A stretch of DNA of 63,990 bases, counting the filler, from Choristocarpus tenellus KU-1152 (lineage: Eukaryota > Protista > Phaeophyceae), in the NCBI GenBank assembly GCA_964200185.2. It is 8 parts of 8 records of this genome, joined end to end, with 100 filler letters (N's around TTAATTAATTAA, not from the genome) between each part and the next. Parts side by side here need not be neighbours in the genome. Positions count along the whole stretch, not along the records: positions 53,797 to 61,369 come from CAXNAD020005943.1; positions 61,470 to 63,990 come from CAXNAD020027112.1; 6 more parts are not named here. One strand, written 5' to 3'. The translations under genes and the position numbers were made by a program. Below the pieces are notes generated by a model. The model did not search any database. It had not been told where the DNA came from and saw only the letters and a program-made list of their open reading frames with translations. Of this stretch, positions 53,968-63,990 are shown one piece after another. How positions within the stretch are numbered: the first letter of the stretch is position 1; each line of letters begins with the position of its first letter.

Positions 53968-54481
53968 AGAGTCGGCGCCCATTTTGCTTCAGATGACGTG
54001 CACAGTTTCGCACGGTGGCGGGGGGAAGAGGGATACAACAAATGAGCAGGAAATTGATAAACTGGTGTTTTTCTTATTTCATGAGAAAGAAGGGTTTTTT
54101 TTAAAGCATATTTTTGCTCTGGACTGTTGTCGCCTTATTCTCCCTCTTCTCCCTGTTGTTCTCTTGCGATATGTGACAAGTCGAAACAAGTTTCCCGAAA
54201 AAATAGATAAATGCACATCGGCGTATCTGACAGGGGGTGGGAGGAGGGGGGGCAGATCGTAACAAACGATAATTCGGGCATGACTGAAATATTCGTAGAA
54301 ATAGGTCCATCATCACATAATGTCAACACTTATAAGCGCTCAGCGTTAGCTTCTTCTCCTTGGGGACGATAGTAATAATTGATAAACAATTTAATAATAT
54401 GGTAAAAATAACACTTCTTCTCACTCGGTCGACCATCCATAATGACGATGAAACGCCACCCCGAAAGAAACTACATCGAAG

Positions 54482-54570
54482 TGTTATTTTTTTTAGCATG
54501 TCGAAAAAAGCGGTACAAAATTTAATATTTTCATATTTGGCATAAAATCGGGGTAGGTACTGTATTTATC
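54482..54570. repeat. Repeat family C copy
   Basis: 27-bp identity plus flanking similarity to about 4605-4705. Confidence 0.65.
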
Positions 54571-55307
54571 ATCAATTAAATATGTCCTACTACCACCTTC
54601 GGCATGGATTCCCATTCAAAAAGGGACCCTAAAAAGGTTTTATGACATTTACAAAAAAACATATGGACACTTTCCGCGCACCATTTCGGTCAAACCCATC
54701 CTCCATGAAATGATCCATCCGCCATTATCATGATCCGCTGTTGAATGTGGGTGCCAACGGCAGTCACTGGGTCATTGGGTCAAGGGTTCAGACGAGCTGG
54801 AAGGAATGGAGCGATGGTCTCTCAAAACCCACGAAGGGCGCGCAGCTACACAAGCAAGATGTGCACGCGGAAATCCAGGTAGAATGTCGAACAGAACAGG
54901 TCCAGCTCATGACTGATGCTTGGGTTGGAATGACAAACATATTGAACAACAAGGATCTCTCAGGAGGGTCCCACCTAGACCAAAAATCAACGGAGGTTCT
55001 GATAACAGGCTGGAGGTCGAATTGATTTCCATCAATTCTGAATCCACAATCAGCGATCCAGAGAGACCCTTCACAACACTCTTGATCCAAGATATCCCGC
55101 CAGAGGTGTCCCTCAGACAAGATTTTAAATGCATGTGTGCAATATCAAAGTACAGCACACATCAGTTGTTCGTGCTGATCTGTTGCCTGCCTTTTCTTTT
55201 ATATCAGACACACTAGTGGTAACATCACGTCTCTCTTACTCAGTCATTTCTTCATAATAAGTGTTTTGCATCCTACAAGTTCCAACAACAGGATAAGCAG
55301 CAGCAGC

Positions 55308-55566
55308 AAACCCAAAGCATTTAAGAGGGTAGGGATTTTGTCCTGTTTGGCCATTCGGGGCTAGGTTTCCCAATGACTTTTTATGCTCTTTTTCGGTTTT
55401 CTGTGTGAGCACAGTTACCTAAAATGCGTACCACTATGAGAGGTGTGTCGGGAGCAAAGATATTGACACATGCTAACAAACATGGCAGTCAAAATGAATC
55501 AAAATCGCAACATTGCATTTATGACCCCGAATGGAAGCGGACCTACCCTCTTAAGTGCTTTGACTC
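55308..55566. mobile_element. MITE family B, diverged copy in an (AGC)n context
   Basis: caaagcatttaagagggta / taccctcttaagtgctttgactc; internal gatattgacac and aaatcgcaacattg are shared with 3834-4091. Confidence 0.8.
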
Positions 55567-55854
55567 AGCAGCAGTAGTAACCGTAGTCTTAGAAGTCGTA
55601 CGATTTTATAGTACTTTAAAATATACCAGGAGATAGTGTTGTCCATCCATCCATCCATCCATCCATCCACCCATTCATTCACCAACTGCTATTATTCGTT
55701 CATATTGTGCTGCTGCTGCTGCTGCTACTACGAGTAAGAAAGAACACAGACTACATGCAGAGAAAGGGAGCCAATGCACCACAGTCATTCACACACAACT
55801 TGATAATAATATCATGTTCTGAAGGTCCTCAAAATGCAACACAAATCTGAAGGA

Positions 55855-56186
55855 GGCTCAAAGTATCTGTGGGGGGGGGGGGGGGGGGTCAACCCCAAGG
55901 GACCCCTTCGGGTACCGCACCGGAGAAGTGNNNNNNNNNNAGCTGTTGTTTATTAATATGCTTGACGGAACCCCCCAGAAACACATAAAAAAGGGGGGAG
56001 TCAGGGGTGGGGTGGGGGGGGGGGGGGGGGGGGGGTTCTACACCAAGGTGCCCATTCGGGTCCTGACCAGGAGAAGTGCACTTACATTATCTATCCGACG
56101 CATGCAACAAAATCATCCAGAAATATTGACATGGAAAAATGGGCCCTGAATGGACAGCTGCTCCCCCCCCCCAGATACTTTGAAAC
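55855..56186. mobile_element. MITE family A copy split by an N10 gap
   Basis: ggctcaaagtatct ... ccaggagaagtgcactta ... ccagatactttg. Confidence 0.8.
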
Positions 56187-58025
56187 CTATGTACTCAGTA
56201 TGTCATCAGTGAATTATTATCTTCTGTCATTGTGTGCGTTTCTGGGACGATACGCAGAACTAGTTCCTAGGTATAAACCTAAAGACTACCATTCTGGTAC
56301 TCCAATTTAACTACGTCATAGGGAGACCTTGTCAGGAACTGTAGTGTTGCCGTAAAATGTCATGGTGTAAGAAACAGCATACCCTTCTTTGAAATCCTAA
56401 TATATATATATATTGTAGAAGGGAGAAATTCGTTCAACAAGGAAGTTCGGAGCCGGCATTCTGATTGGCAAAGAAAACTTAATATTATTTCTACATAATG
56501 ATCACTTAGACTCACATTATTATTATTATTTGATTTTGTCCAGCTAAAGAACTAGGAGGCATTATACTTCAAAGTATTCTGGAGTATTATTCATCACAGG
56601 GTCGCATCTGGAACAACTCTACCAACATGTGCACAGCTTGCCAAGCTATTTGTAGTATCAAACTATTCGGTACTAATAAAGTAAAATGATGTAACAGTTA
56701 TCTTATGCATACTCTGTTAGATCGCATAGCTAGAAAGAGGAGGTTACTGGCTAACGATACTACCAGTACCAGTGCACCGGAGCCTTGTTGGTTACTACTA
56801 CTACTACAATCTCTGTTGATCTTCTTCGCTATGTGTTTCTGGTGGTACAGATTGTGGTTTATCAAGAAGAAAGAAGTAGGATTTCCTGTCATAGTCGTGG
56901 AATATATAGATCATATACTGCATACTTTGTGTACCATTAATTAGTGCATGCACATACAAAACTCGGAATTCTTTGACTCCACAGACTGTAGACTGTAATA
57001 TTTTCGCTCAATTATTATGTTTCATGAATGTGTACTAATGAAACAACCTATCTTTTGTTTGCCTGTCAAAAAAATGTAATTTATTGCACTTTTTTTTCAT
57101 CAGTGTGTTTTTCTTCTCTTTTTTTTGCAACCCACTATGATCATATTATTTTTATCGTATCATATCCAAGAAAAGTGCAACATTTTGTTGTTGCTGCAAG
57201 GAGTGGAGGAGGCACAAACTACACAAGGATCACTTAATTTCCCCTAAACAAATTTCGTCCAAACACCATCTATCCACCTTTCGAAAAGTGTACGTACTCC
57301 TTTCTTACATCATCTAACCACAAAAAGGTATTTTTATTATTTATTATTGTTGGTGGTGGTCAAATGCAGGTGTGAAAGGAAGGACACAACAACAACAGAT
57401 CGATATTATAATCAATTAATATTACTACTTTAAACACCATTTAGAACAATATTATAGACGGTGGGTCCATTCGCTAGTAAGTACTGCGGAGTAATACACT
57501 ACCAACTGTGACAGTCGACACACTCGGCAAAATGACATCTCCTACAACACAGCTGTCAATATAGTGCTCAGTAGTCGTTGACAGCGGTTCCGTGCACATA
57601 GGTGTACCATCATACTGGACGGCATTGGCAAATCTTTGTTTAGATTTAAGGTAATTTTTTATTGAGTGGAATTTTTTTTTGTGTCAAGTCCTCTAATCTT
57701 GAGCTTCTGATGCACTAAGCTGTCAACCCTGATCTTGTATCATGACCTTGGGCATAGTTAAAGTAACAATGATGATCCCAGTGCTCTTCAGAAGGTTGGT
57801 CAGGGTATAATATTATCCACTACTCAGAACGAAGTGAGCTCTCTTATCCATGAGGACAATTTTTACCTAACTACATTGTCACAATCAGTGGCAATTAATC
57901 TTCCTTTTGACTGTGGACTTTCAATCTCTCTCTATATTGTACTGACAAATGATTCTTTGTCCTGTATTACTTCTTCCTACCTCTTCTTATATGCGACCGT
58001 CGCGTAACCTATCGAGGTAGCCCTT

Positions 58026-58490
58026 TCACACACAAACTCTACTGGCGGGTATGCTCACCTTCAGCTTCACGGGCATGACAGGGCGTCCTGTGGCATCCGC
58101 AGTTCGACAACCAAGCCACCTCTGCCTTCGTACCTCTTTCACTAAATCTTCAAAGAAAACAAATAGGACACGGAACCTCCTCGTAAACTTCAGCACCTCC
58201 TGCGAAGTGACGTCTCTCAGAGCTTCCTCTCTCCCCAGCATAACCCCCTACAAGCTCACCAGGTAAACGGGCTGATTGTGGGGGATGCGAAACCTGCGAA
58301 ATAGTGGACATTCTTCGTCCTCATCCTCCTCGTCCATCAAAGCGTAGATGAGCAATATCACAGTTGCGTTTATCATCTGCCTAGATCTCGCCTGCAACCT
58401 AAAGGTAGATTCATCGAAAGACAATGAACTAGAAGACGAAGAACTGGAAGACGATGAACTCGAGGATGATGAACCTGAGGACGATGACAT
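58026..58490 (-). pseudogene. PIF/Harbinger-like transposase N-terminal relic with an in-frame stop
   Basis: ORFs 58248..58655 and 58026..58241 share a frame: VSL*GVML..LRDVTS..FTRRFRV.F.FFEDLV..W..DATGRPVMPVKLK, the FRRRFR/helix-turn-helix region. No DDE domain seen. Confidence 0.65.
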
Positions 58491-59112
58491 TCGGTCTCTC
58501 TCACTCCATCCATTTTGTCTATCTTGAACCAGATGTGGTATGTGTAATAATTCTGTAGCCCCAAGTACATTACTATGAACAACAACAGAGGGTAAATCGG
58601 AACAATATTTACGTTCAGATTTGGGTTGAAAATTGATAGGAATCGTCTGATCCATCCTCCATTCAGATTTGCCTTGTTCAGAAATGCCTAAAATTTGTTA
58701 TATATTAATTCCCACTTGTCACGATTTCCGTTGAGAAATGCCCCCCCCCCAAAAAAAAAAGTCAAAAAACAAAACCAAACGGGTCTGAAAACGTGCGTAT
58801 AATAGGAGATTAGTTGAGTCTTCAGACTGGGACTTGCTGTCTCAACGTTCACTAACCATGTCCTCTTGTATATGAAAGAGGATTTTATCTCTATTATTAT
58901 TTTCTAGAAATGTATATTTTATTCTTGTTTTCTAGGTATATTACAGGAAACTTCTTCGTACCAAAGGAGTCACAACAAAAACAAGATAGTTTAGTTAGTT
59001 GACGTTACATTATCATTTATTTCTTGTTGTGTGCGTTGAACTATGCGGTAATGGTAGTATTATTCTAGAGATTAAATGTATGGTAACAAAGTAGGATTGA
59101 GGCAAACCAAAT

Positions 59113-59348
59113 GAGAGGTAGGCAAGTTCAGACCATTTTGCATTCTAAACCATCTTTCTTTACCCTGTACAAAACACTATTTCATTGCTTTGTGTGCACG
59201 ATAGTGTTGGTAAAATTTATGTATCCCCTTTCCACACACAAAGTGACACCACACTTGAAAGTAAAGACTCTTTCGGCAATTATACGAAATGACGTATTTT
59301 TCCACTTTCTAGAAATCCTTAAAGCGCAACCCTACATGCCCAACTCTC
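59113..59348. mobile_element. MITE family D copy (inverted)
   Basis: gagaggtaggcaag / catgccaactctc; reverse-complement match to 25284-25504. Confidence 0.8.
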
Positions 59349-61325
59349 ACATGGTTTGTCCCATTCAATCATCAATAATACTCGATAATACGGTACTATG
59401 TGATGATGGAATCTTTCAAATAGTCAGCTGTTTCCCACCCGTATGGCTCTGTGCGCTCTGCTGAACGTTCAGTCAAGGCACCTTGGGAGGCACTCTGTTT
59501 TTCACAGAACTTGCCTCAACACATTCTAACGTCATCACATCGTCCACACTCCTGAATTCAAATCAGCCTTTTAATTTTAATAAATGGAAGAATGCACACC
59601 ATAAAACCTTTTAAAAAATTTAAGTGATATTTCACTTATACTTGCAATTCACAGGTCTGCTCATGATAACAATACTATAAGATATCATGCTTCAGTACAA
59701 TATTCTTTCGTTTAGACAACAAACATCAAGTGTCACAATCAAGGTCGACATCTCAGAACATAACAATACCATGAAGAACCATTACAAGCTATTTCAATAA
59801 GACATGGTCACCTAGTGCAATAGTGGACTGTTCCTAGACAAAAAACACCTGGATTTGAGTAGAGTAGTAGACAGACCTATCTGGGATCATCCAGGTCTGC
59901 TCAAACCTAGTATGAGGATACAAAGACAACCAGTTTCTAAATGATAGGCAATCAAGGCAAAAGCCAGACATGTTTTGCAAGGATGACTGACATACCATTG
60001 AAGTCAACCGTCAGTGTTCAGGGGGAGCCAGAGGGCACTGGAGATTGCAAACAGCCTTTCTGTATATTATTGTAATTCTCGTGTAACTCATTACATGCAG
60101 CATATAATTTAAAAAGATCAAACTCAGTCCTGACCCTAATCCCAACCCGTTTTCTATTCAAATCTTAGCATGAACATACTCATCTCCAACCACATTGAAA
60201 AAGACAATGCTTGACTATTCTTGGTGTGTGCACCATCACTATCAGATGTGTGATAGTGTAACCACTGTACACCAGATGTGGATCAAGAACCAAGGAATTT
60301 GTAGATTTAGAACCCTATGGCAACGCTCTGGTTTCACAAATATGGCAGCCTGTACAGTGACTGCCCATTCTCCACCCATACAGCTCAACCAGAAGACAGA
60401 CAAAGGACTACCCCAACAGGAGATGCAGTCACCCCCCTTCCATAGAATCCCTCTCAACTCACTGGTAACAAAGGTGGTGTCCGGCATCGGTCAACACAAT
60501 CGAGTGCAAAGTGAGCAGTCTCACCCAATGCGACTGCATCCACTTGCCCCATCCCACTCTTTTAAGACCTGGTTGGTCCTGGCCACTGTACAATTCCGTT
60601 CAAGAAATTAGATTAACTCTTCATTCAAGGATTTTATGTCACGTTTCTACAAGACAATGGGAAAAAGATCTGCATTTGAGTTACTGAACATGCAGGGTCT
60701 GATGGCAATCTCTGCTACAAAGTCAGTCATTGGTGGCAAACCATGAAAGCTCTTCATATATGATTTCAATAATTGTCCCCTTTTCAATTCTCACTCAAAC
60801 ACAATCAATATCCATGCAATAACCACAACAAATAAAGGGACAGAACTGGGACAGAACTCAGAAGACATTGGGGAACCACTTCCAACAAGAGTGAACCCAG
60901 AGTGTGGCAGAGAAAGGACAAAACAATGGGATACAACATCAGGCGGGGTAAGACCTAGTGCCACACTCTTCAACAAGGTTACAGGAGACAATATACTATA
61001 TTTGTCTGCATCAGTGAATTCTTTTACCTCACTTGGCCACAAAACATCTGGAAAGGGACCAAAAAGGAAAAGCTAAAGGGTTAAAAGAAAGGGGGTAAAA
61101 AACGCCAACATCAAATTAACTTCTATGCACTTCTCAACCTATGTATGACACTGACACATTGCACATGCACTATTGCGTGTGTGGTTAAACTAGCTGCCTA
61201 AACGCACAAAAACAGACACACCAATGACGGCAGACAAACAAGGACACCTAATCGATAAAATACTGTGCACATTAAACAAAAAAAAAGATAAAAACAACGA
61301 CTGCAATAACTATTAACGGCAAAAT

Positions 61326-61369
61326 GGGTCAAAGTATCTTGGGGGGGGGTGTTGGCGTCCGTTTTTCAC
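61326..61369. mobile_element. MITE family A left end at a contig break
   Basis: gggtcaaagtatcttggggggg. Confidence 0.65.
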
Positions 61370-61469
61370 NNNNNNNNNNNNNNNNNNNNNNNNNNNNNNN
61401 NNNNNNNNNNNNNTTAATTAATTAANNNNNNNNNNNNNNNNNNNNNNNNNNNNNNNNNNNNNNNNNNNN
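61370..61469. other. Artificial contig linker
   Basis: N44-TTAATTAATTAA-N44. Confidence 0.98.
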
Positions 61470-61511
61470 CCCCAAATGGACATGGCTCTACCCTCTAAGA
61501 TACTTTGACTC
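61470..61511. mobile_element. MITE family B right end at a contig start
   Basis: cccaaatggacatggctctaccctctaagatactttgactc. Confidence 0.8.
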
Positions 61512-61709
61512 AATATATATATATATACATACCCTCTTCATCCGGTCTTGCTGTGCCTCTACTCGGTACCCCAGAACCACCCTCCTACAAACAACAAATT
61601 AACACTGTCATAAGAAAAGAAACAAAGAGCACAGTGATGCAAAATCCGTATGTACTGTTTGTTAGCAAGATACCAGATACATGTCATAGCAGTACAATGG
61701 ATGTCTTAC

Positions 61710-63372
61710 CATGGGCAAAGCCTGGTGATAAAAGATGAGCCTTTCCATCTCAATTCCATTGTATAGCGAATTGATGTACCCGGTAAATCCCTCCGGAGTT
61801 TCTGAGATTGGTGCGATCCTGAACTTATGAAAGTGGTCACAGATTGTGTAGAAGGCAGAGATTCCACGCTGCATTGGCTCTCGCACCACAGTGAATGAAT
61901 AAAACCTTTCCAACAGAGGTTCCCTCCTATGGCTTCAAATTGCTTCTCCACCAGCTGTAGCAGTTGAAAGCGAGCACAGGGGTGGGGGATTTGGGTATCC
62001 TGGTGTGTGTGCCCGGGAGTTGAAAGGAAGGCGAAATATAGCCTTTTTTTCCCCAAAGCACAATGCACGTGTATCAAGTCGAAGTTGCCAAAGAAAGAAA
62101 TGTGGATATTACTTCAGAAACATGTGCAAAGAACTGGATGCTGCTTGAGAAGGTTTCTGAGTCTATAGCTCAGTCACAGGTAGTTACGCCCTTGTTCTGC
62201 ATAAATAATTCCTGGCCATCAACTTCAAGTGGGGCATCTCATTATGTGTTTCTGAAGTGGTGTTGTGAAATGAAGTAGAAGTAAATACCAGTGAACAAAT
62301 GACTTATCACTCCGTGTCCAGTCATTTCCTTGCATTCAGTGCACCTGATGGAAGCCAACAGGACGAAGGGCGGCTCTGGTTGTGGATGATCCTGCCTTGG
62401 GCACCTGGAGGTCTCGAGCGTAGACATGAGGGGTATCAGTCTCACTGTGGTCTAAACGGAGAGAGATAGTGATTGAAAGTAAAAGAGGGTGATGTACACA
62501 CACTACAAATGATATGTTGACAAGTCACCCCCAAGCGAGCATTGGCGTCATAGATCGACTATCACCATACCCTTCTCACAACAACACAGAGAGAACTGAT
62601 TGAAAGTAATATAGGGTGATAATATCACACACTTGAATATACAGTTGACAACTCACCTGGAGGTAGACAATTTGAAGTTGTACATTTATAAATACCATAC
62701 CCTTCTTCTCCCACCCGCCCACCTGCTCACGAACCGTAAAGGGGTCCAGTCGGATAATCAATATAAGCCTAATCTCGACTGTCAGGACCAGGGGTTCAAA
62801 ATTGTCCAGAGAGTCAGGAACAGAGGAGAGGGGAGGGAAAACATGTGTGATGCTATGGGAACAGTTGCTGCACATTTGATCTTGTCCATCGACACCAAGA
62901 TTCAGGACAAACACCTTCACAAGAACAACTGTATTTTGCGAGGGAATGATATCAGTCCATACGAAGCTGCAACTCTCGTACAAAACGTATTGTTGCCTAT
63001 TCTTTGACTGCAAAGTTCGGGGCAAAATGAAATTGCGAGTCTTACCCCTTCAATCTCGTACTCGAGGTTGCCCTCGTCGTAAGTACAGCTTTGCACCGCC
63101 AGTTCGGTGGTTGTGTTTGCACGATATGGACTTCCATCTCTCGCATATTGAAGGTTATCTACAACTACGCCAGTCTTGGATAGGTCTTGGTGACGGAAGA
63201 TGAGGTTGTTCTCGGCATCGTACCAAGTATTAACAAACCCAATGCCTATGAAGGACCACGCGAACGGGACGGTCACCACAAACACTTTGAGTAGATTCAT
63301 CGAGAAGGTCTTCAAACTTGAGGCAGTCGATTTTGTTCGAGGTATCTGAGAAGTGACAGAAGTCGAATCCAT
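61710..63372 (-). CDS. Type II membrane sulfotransferase (Sulfotransfer_2 / carbohydrate sulfotransferase-like), possibly disrupted; exons 63372-63046, 63007-62915, 62722-62657, 62404-62345, about 61954-61710
   Basis: N-terminal TM (LLKVFVVTVPFAWSFIGIGF); 5'-PSB motif IVYLQ|VPKAGSST; 3'-PB motif FTVVREPMQRGISAF. Frame conflict near 61922-61937. Confidence 0.75.
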
Positions 63373-63990
63373 GCTGATCAAACTCCCATCGACACACACT
63401 GAGGACCCTTGCGATCTGTTATTGAGGCAAAAACAGGGAGGTGAAGCTTAAATAAATATGGTGTGTCTGTGAGACTCTCATCTTGGCAATATCATGGATA
63501 TTCAAAGTGGAAATTTGCGACCTTAATGAACAACGGTTCCGCAGTGCGTTTCGTTTCAAACCTCAGTAAGAACGTAATCTTGATATTCTGGTGGGCAAAA
63601 TGATCTGTCAAGGGTATAGTTAGGAGACTCAGTCACAGCATTTCATAAATATATGTAGGAACACATTCCCTCACCATCACATTCATCAATACTTTTACCC
63701 TGTTAAGTAGAAATCTAATTTTTTCTAACTTCTAATGTTCTATGTTTGTTGTTACACCTTTGGCATTTTATAGATGTGTGTGGGAAAAACCAATGAAAAT
63801 TATTCACATGTCAGAAAAGTGAGAGTGTATGAAGTAAACTGAGTTTTGTGGGCGGAAGAATTCTGGTTGGCTGGGGGCACAGGATAAGAAGGTGGGGAAA
63901 AAGGAAGAGAAGGAATAGTTAAGGAAGGAACGAGATGGTTAATGGAAATGAGTGGTAGGTGAAAGCAAAGGAAAGCAGTGAGAAAATCAG

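Noticed and set aside
54741-55216. Overlapping ORFs with a faint ADCGF transposase-like word
   Set aside because: No other catalytic motif found in any frame.
55890-56040. Apparent nested or duplicated MITE A
   Set aside because: Low-quality redundant sequence on either side of an N10 gap between G-runs; likely an assembly artefact.
60600-61050. Exon-like minus-strand segment
   Set aside because: No recognisable domain and no consistent splice partners.
4372-61469. TTAATTAATTAA repeated seven times
   Set aside because: Synthetic six-frame-stop linker inside N runs. It is not biological, and gene-cluster arguments across linkers are invalid.
795-61937. Systematic 1-nt frameshifts suggesting recoding or RNA editing
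   Set aside because: On recheck the Tudor-like exon is in frame and the USP phases can be resolved by a 44-nt exon. Only the sulfotransferase case is anchored by conserved motifs.

Overview
This window is eukaryotic nuclear DNA, not prokaryotic: it has intron-rich genes with GT-AG splice sites. Bipartite signal-plus-transit presequences point to a photosynthetic stramenopile, probably a brown alga or close relative (inference). It is an artificial concatenation of 8 contigs joined by seven 100-nt N44-TTAATTAATTAA-N44 linkers, so neighbourhoods across linkers are meaningless. Gene models were built by hand with splice phases checked. They are: a USP deubiquitinase 3' end, a 994-aa acidic repeat protein with a C-terminal membrane tail, an ECHDC1-like crotonase, a probably plastid-targeted TruA, a probable plastid GNAT, a DUF3605 protein, PIG-C, a multi-EH-domain protein, a protein with a duplicated Tudor/SH3-like plus Cys/His module, a PDK/BCKDK kinase, WDR18/IPI3, and a Sulfotransfer_2-type sulfotransferase that appears disrupted. 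Non-coding DNA holds three recurrent MITE families with 3-bp target duplications, a dead PIF/Harbinger transposase fragment, a near-perfect hairpin with 50-bp arms (pre-miRNA-like), tandem repeats and microsatellites. No rRNA, tRNA or CRISPR was seen. No unambiguous new system was found. The best leads are the hairpin, the tail-anchored acidic protein, the Tudor-Cys/His protein, the MITE/Harbinger set and the duplication-derived sulfotransferase intron.
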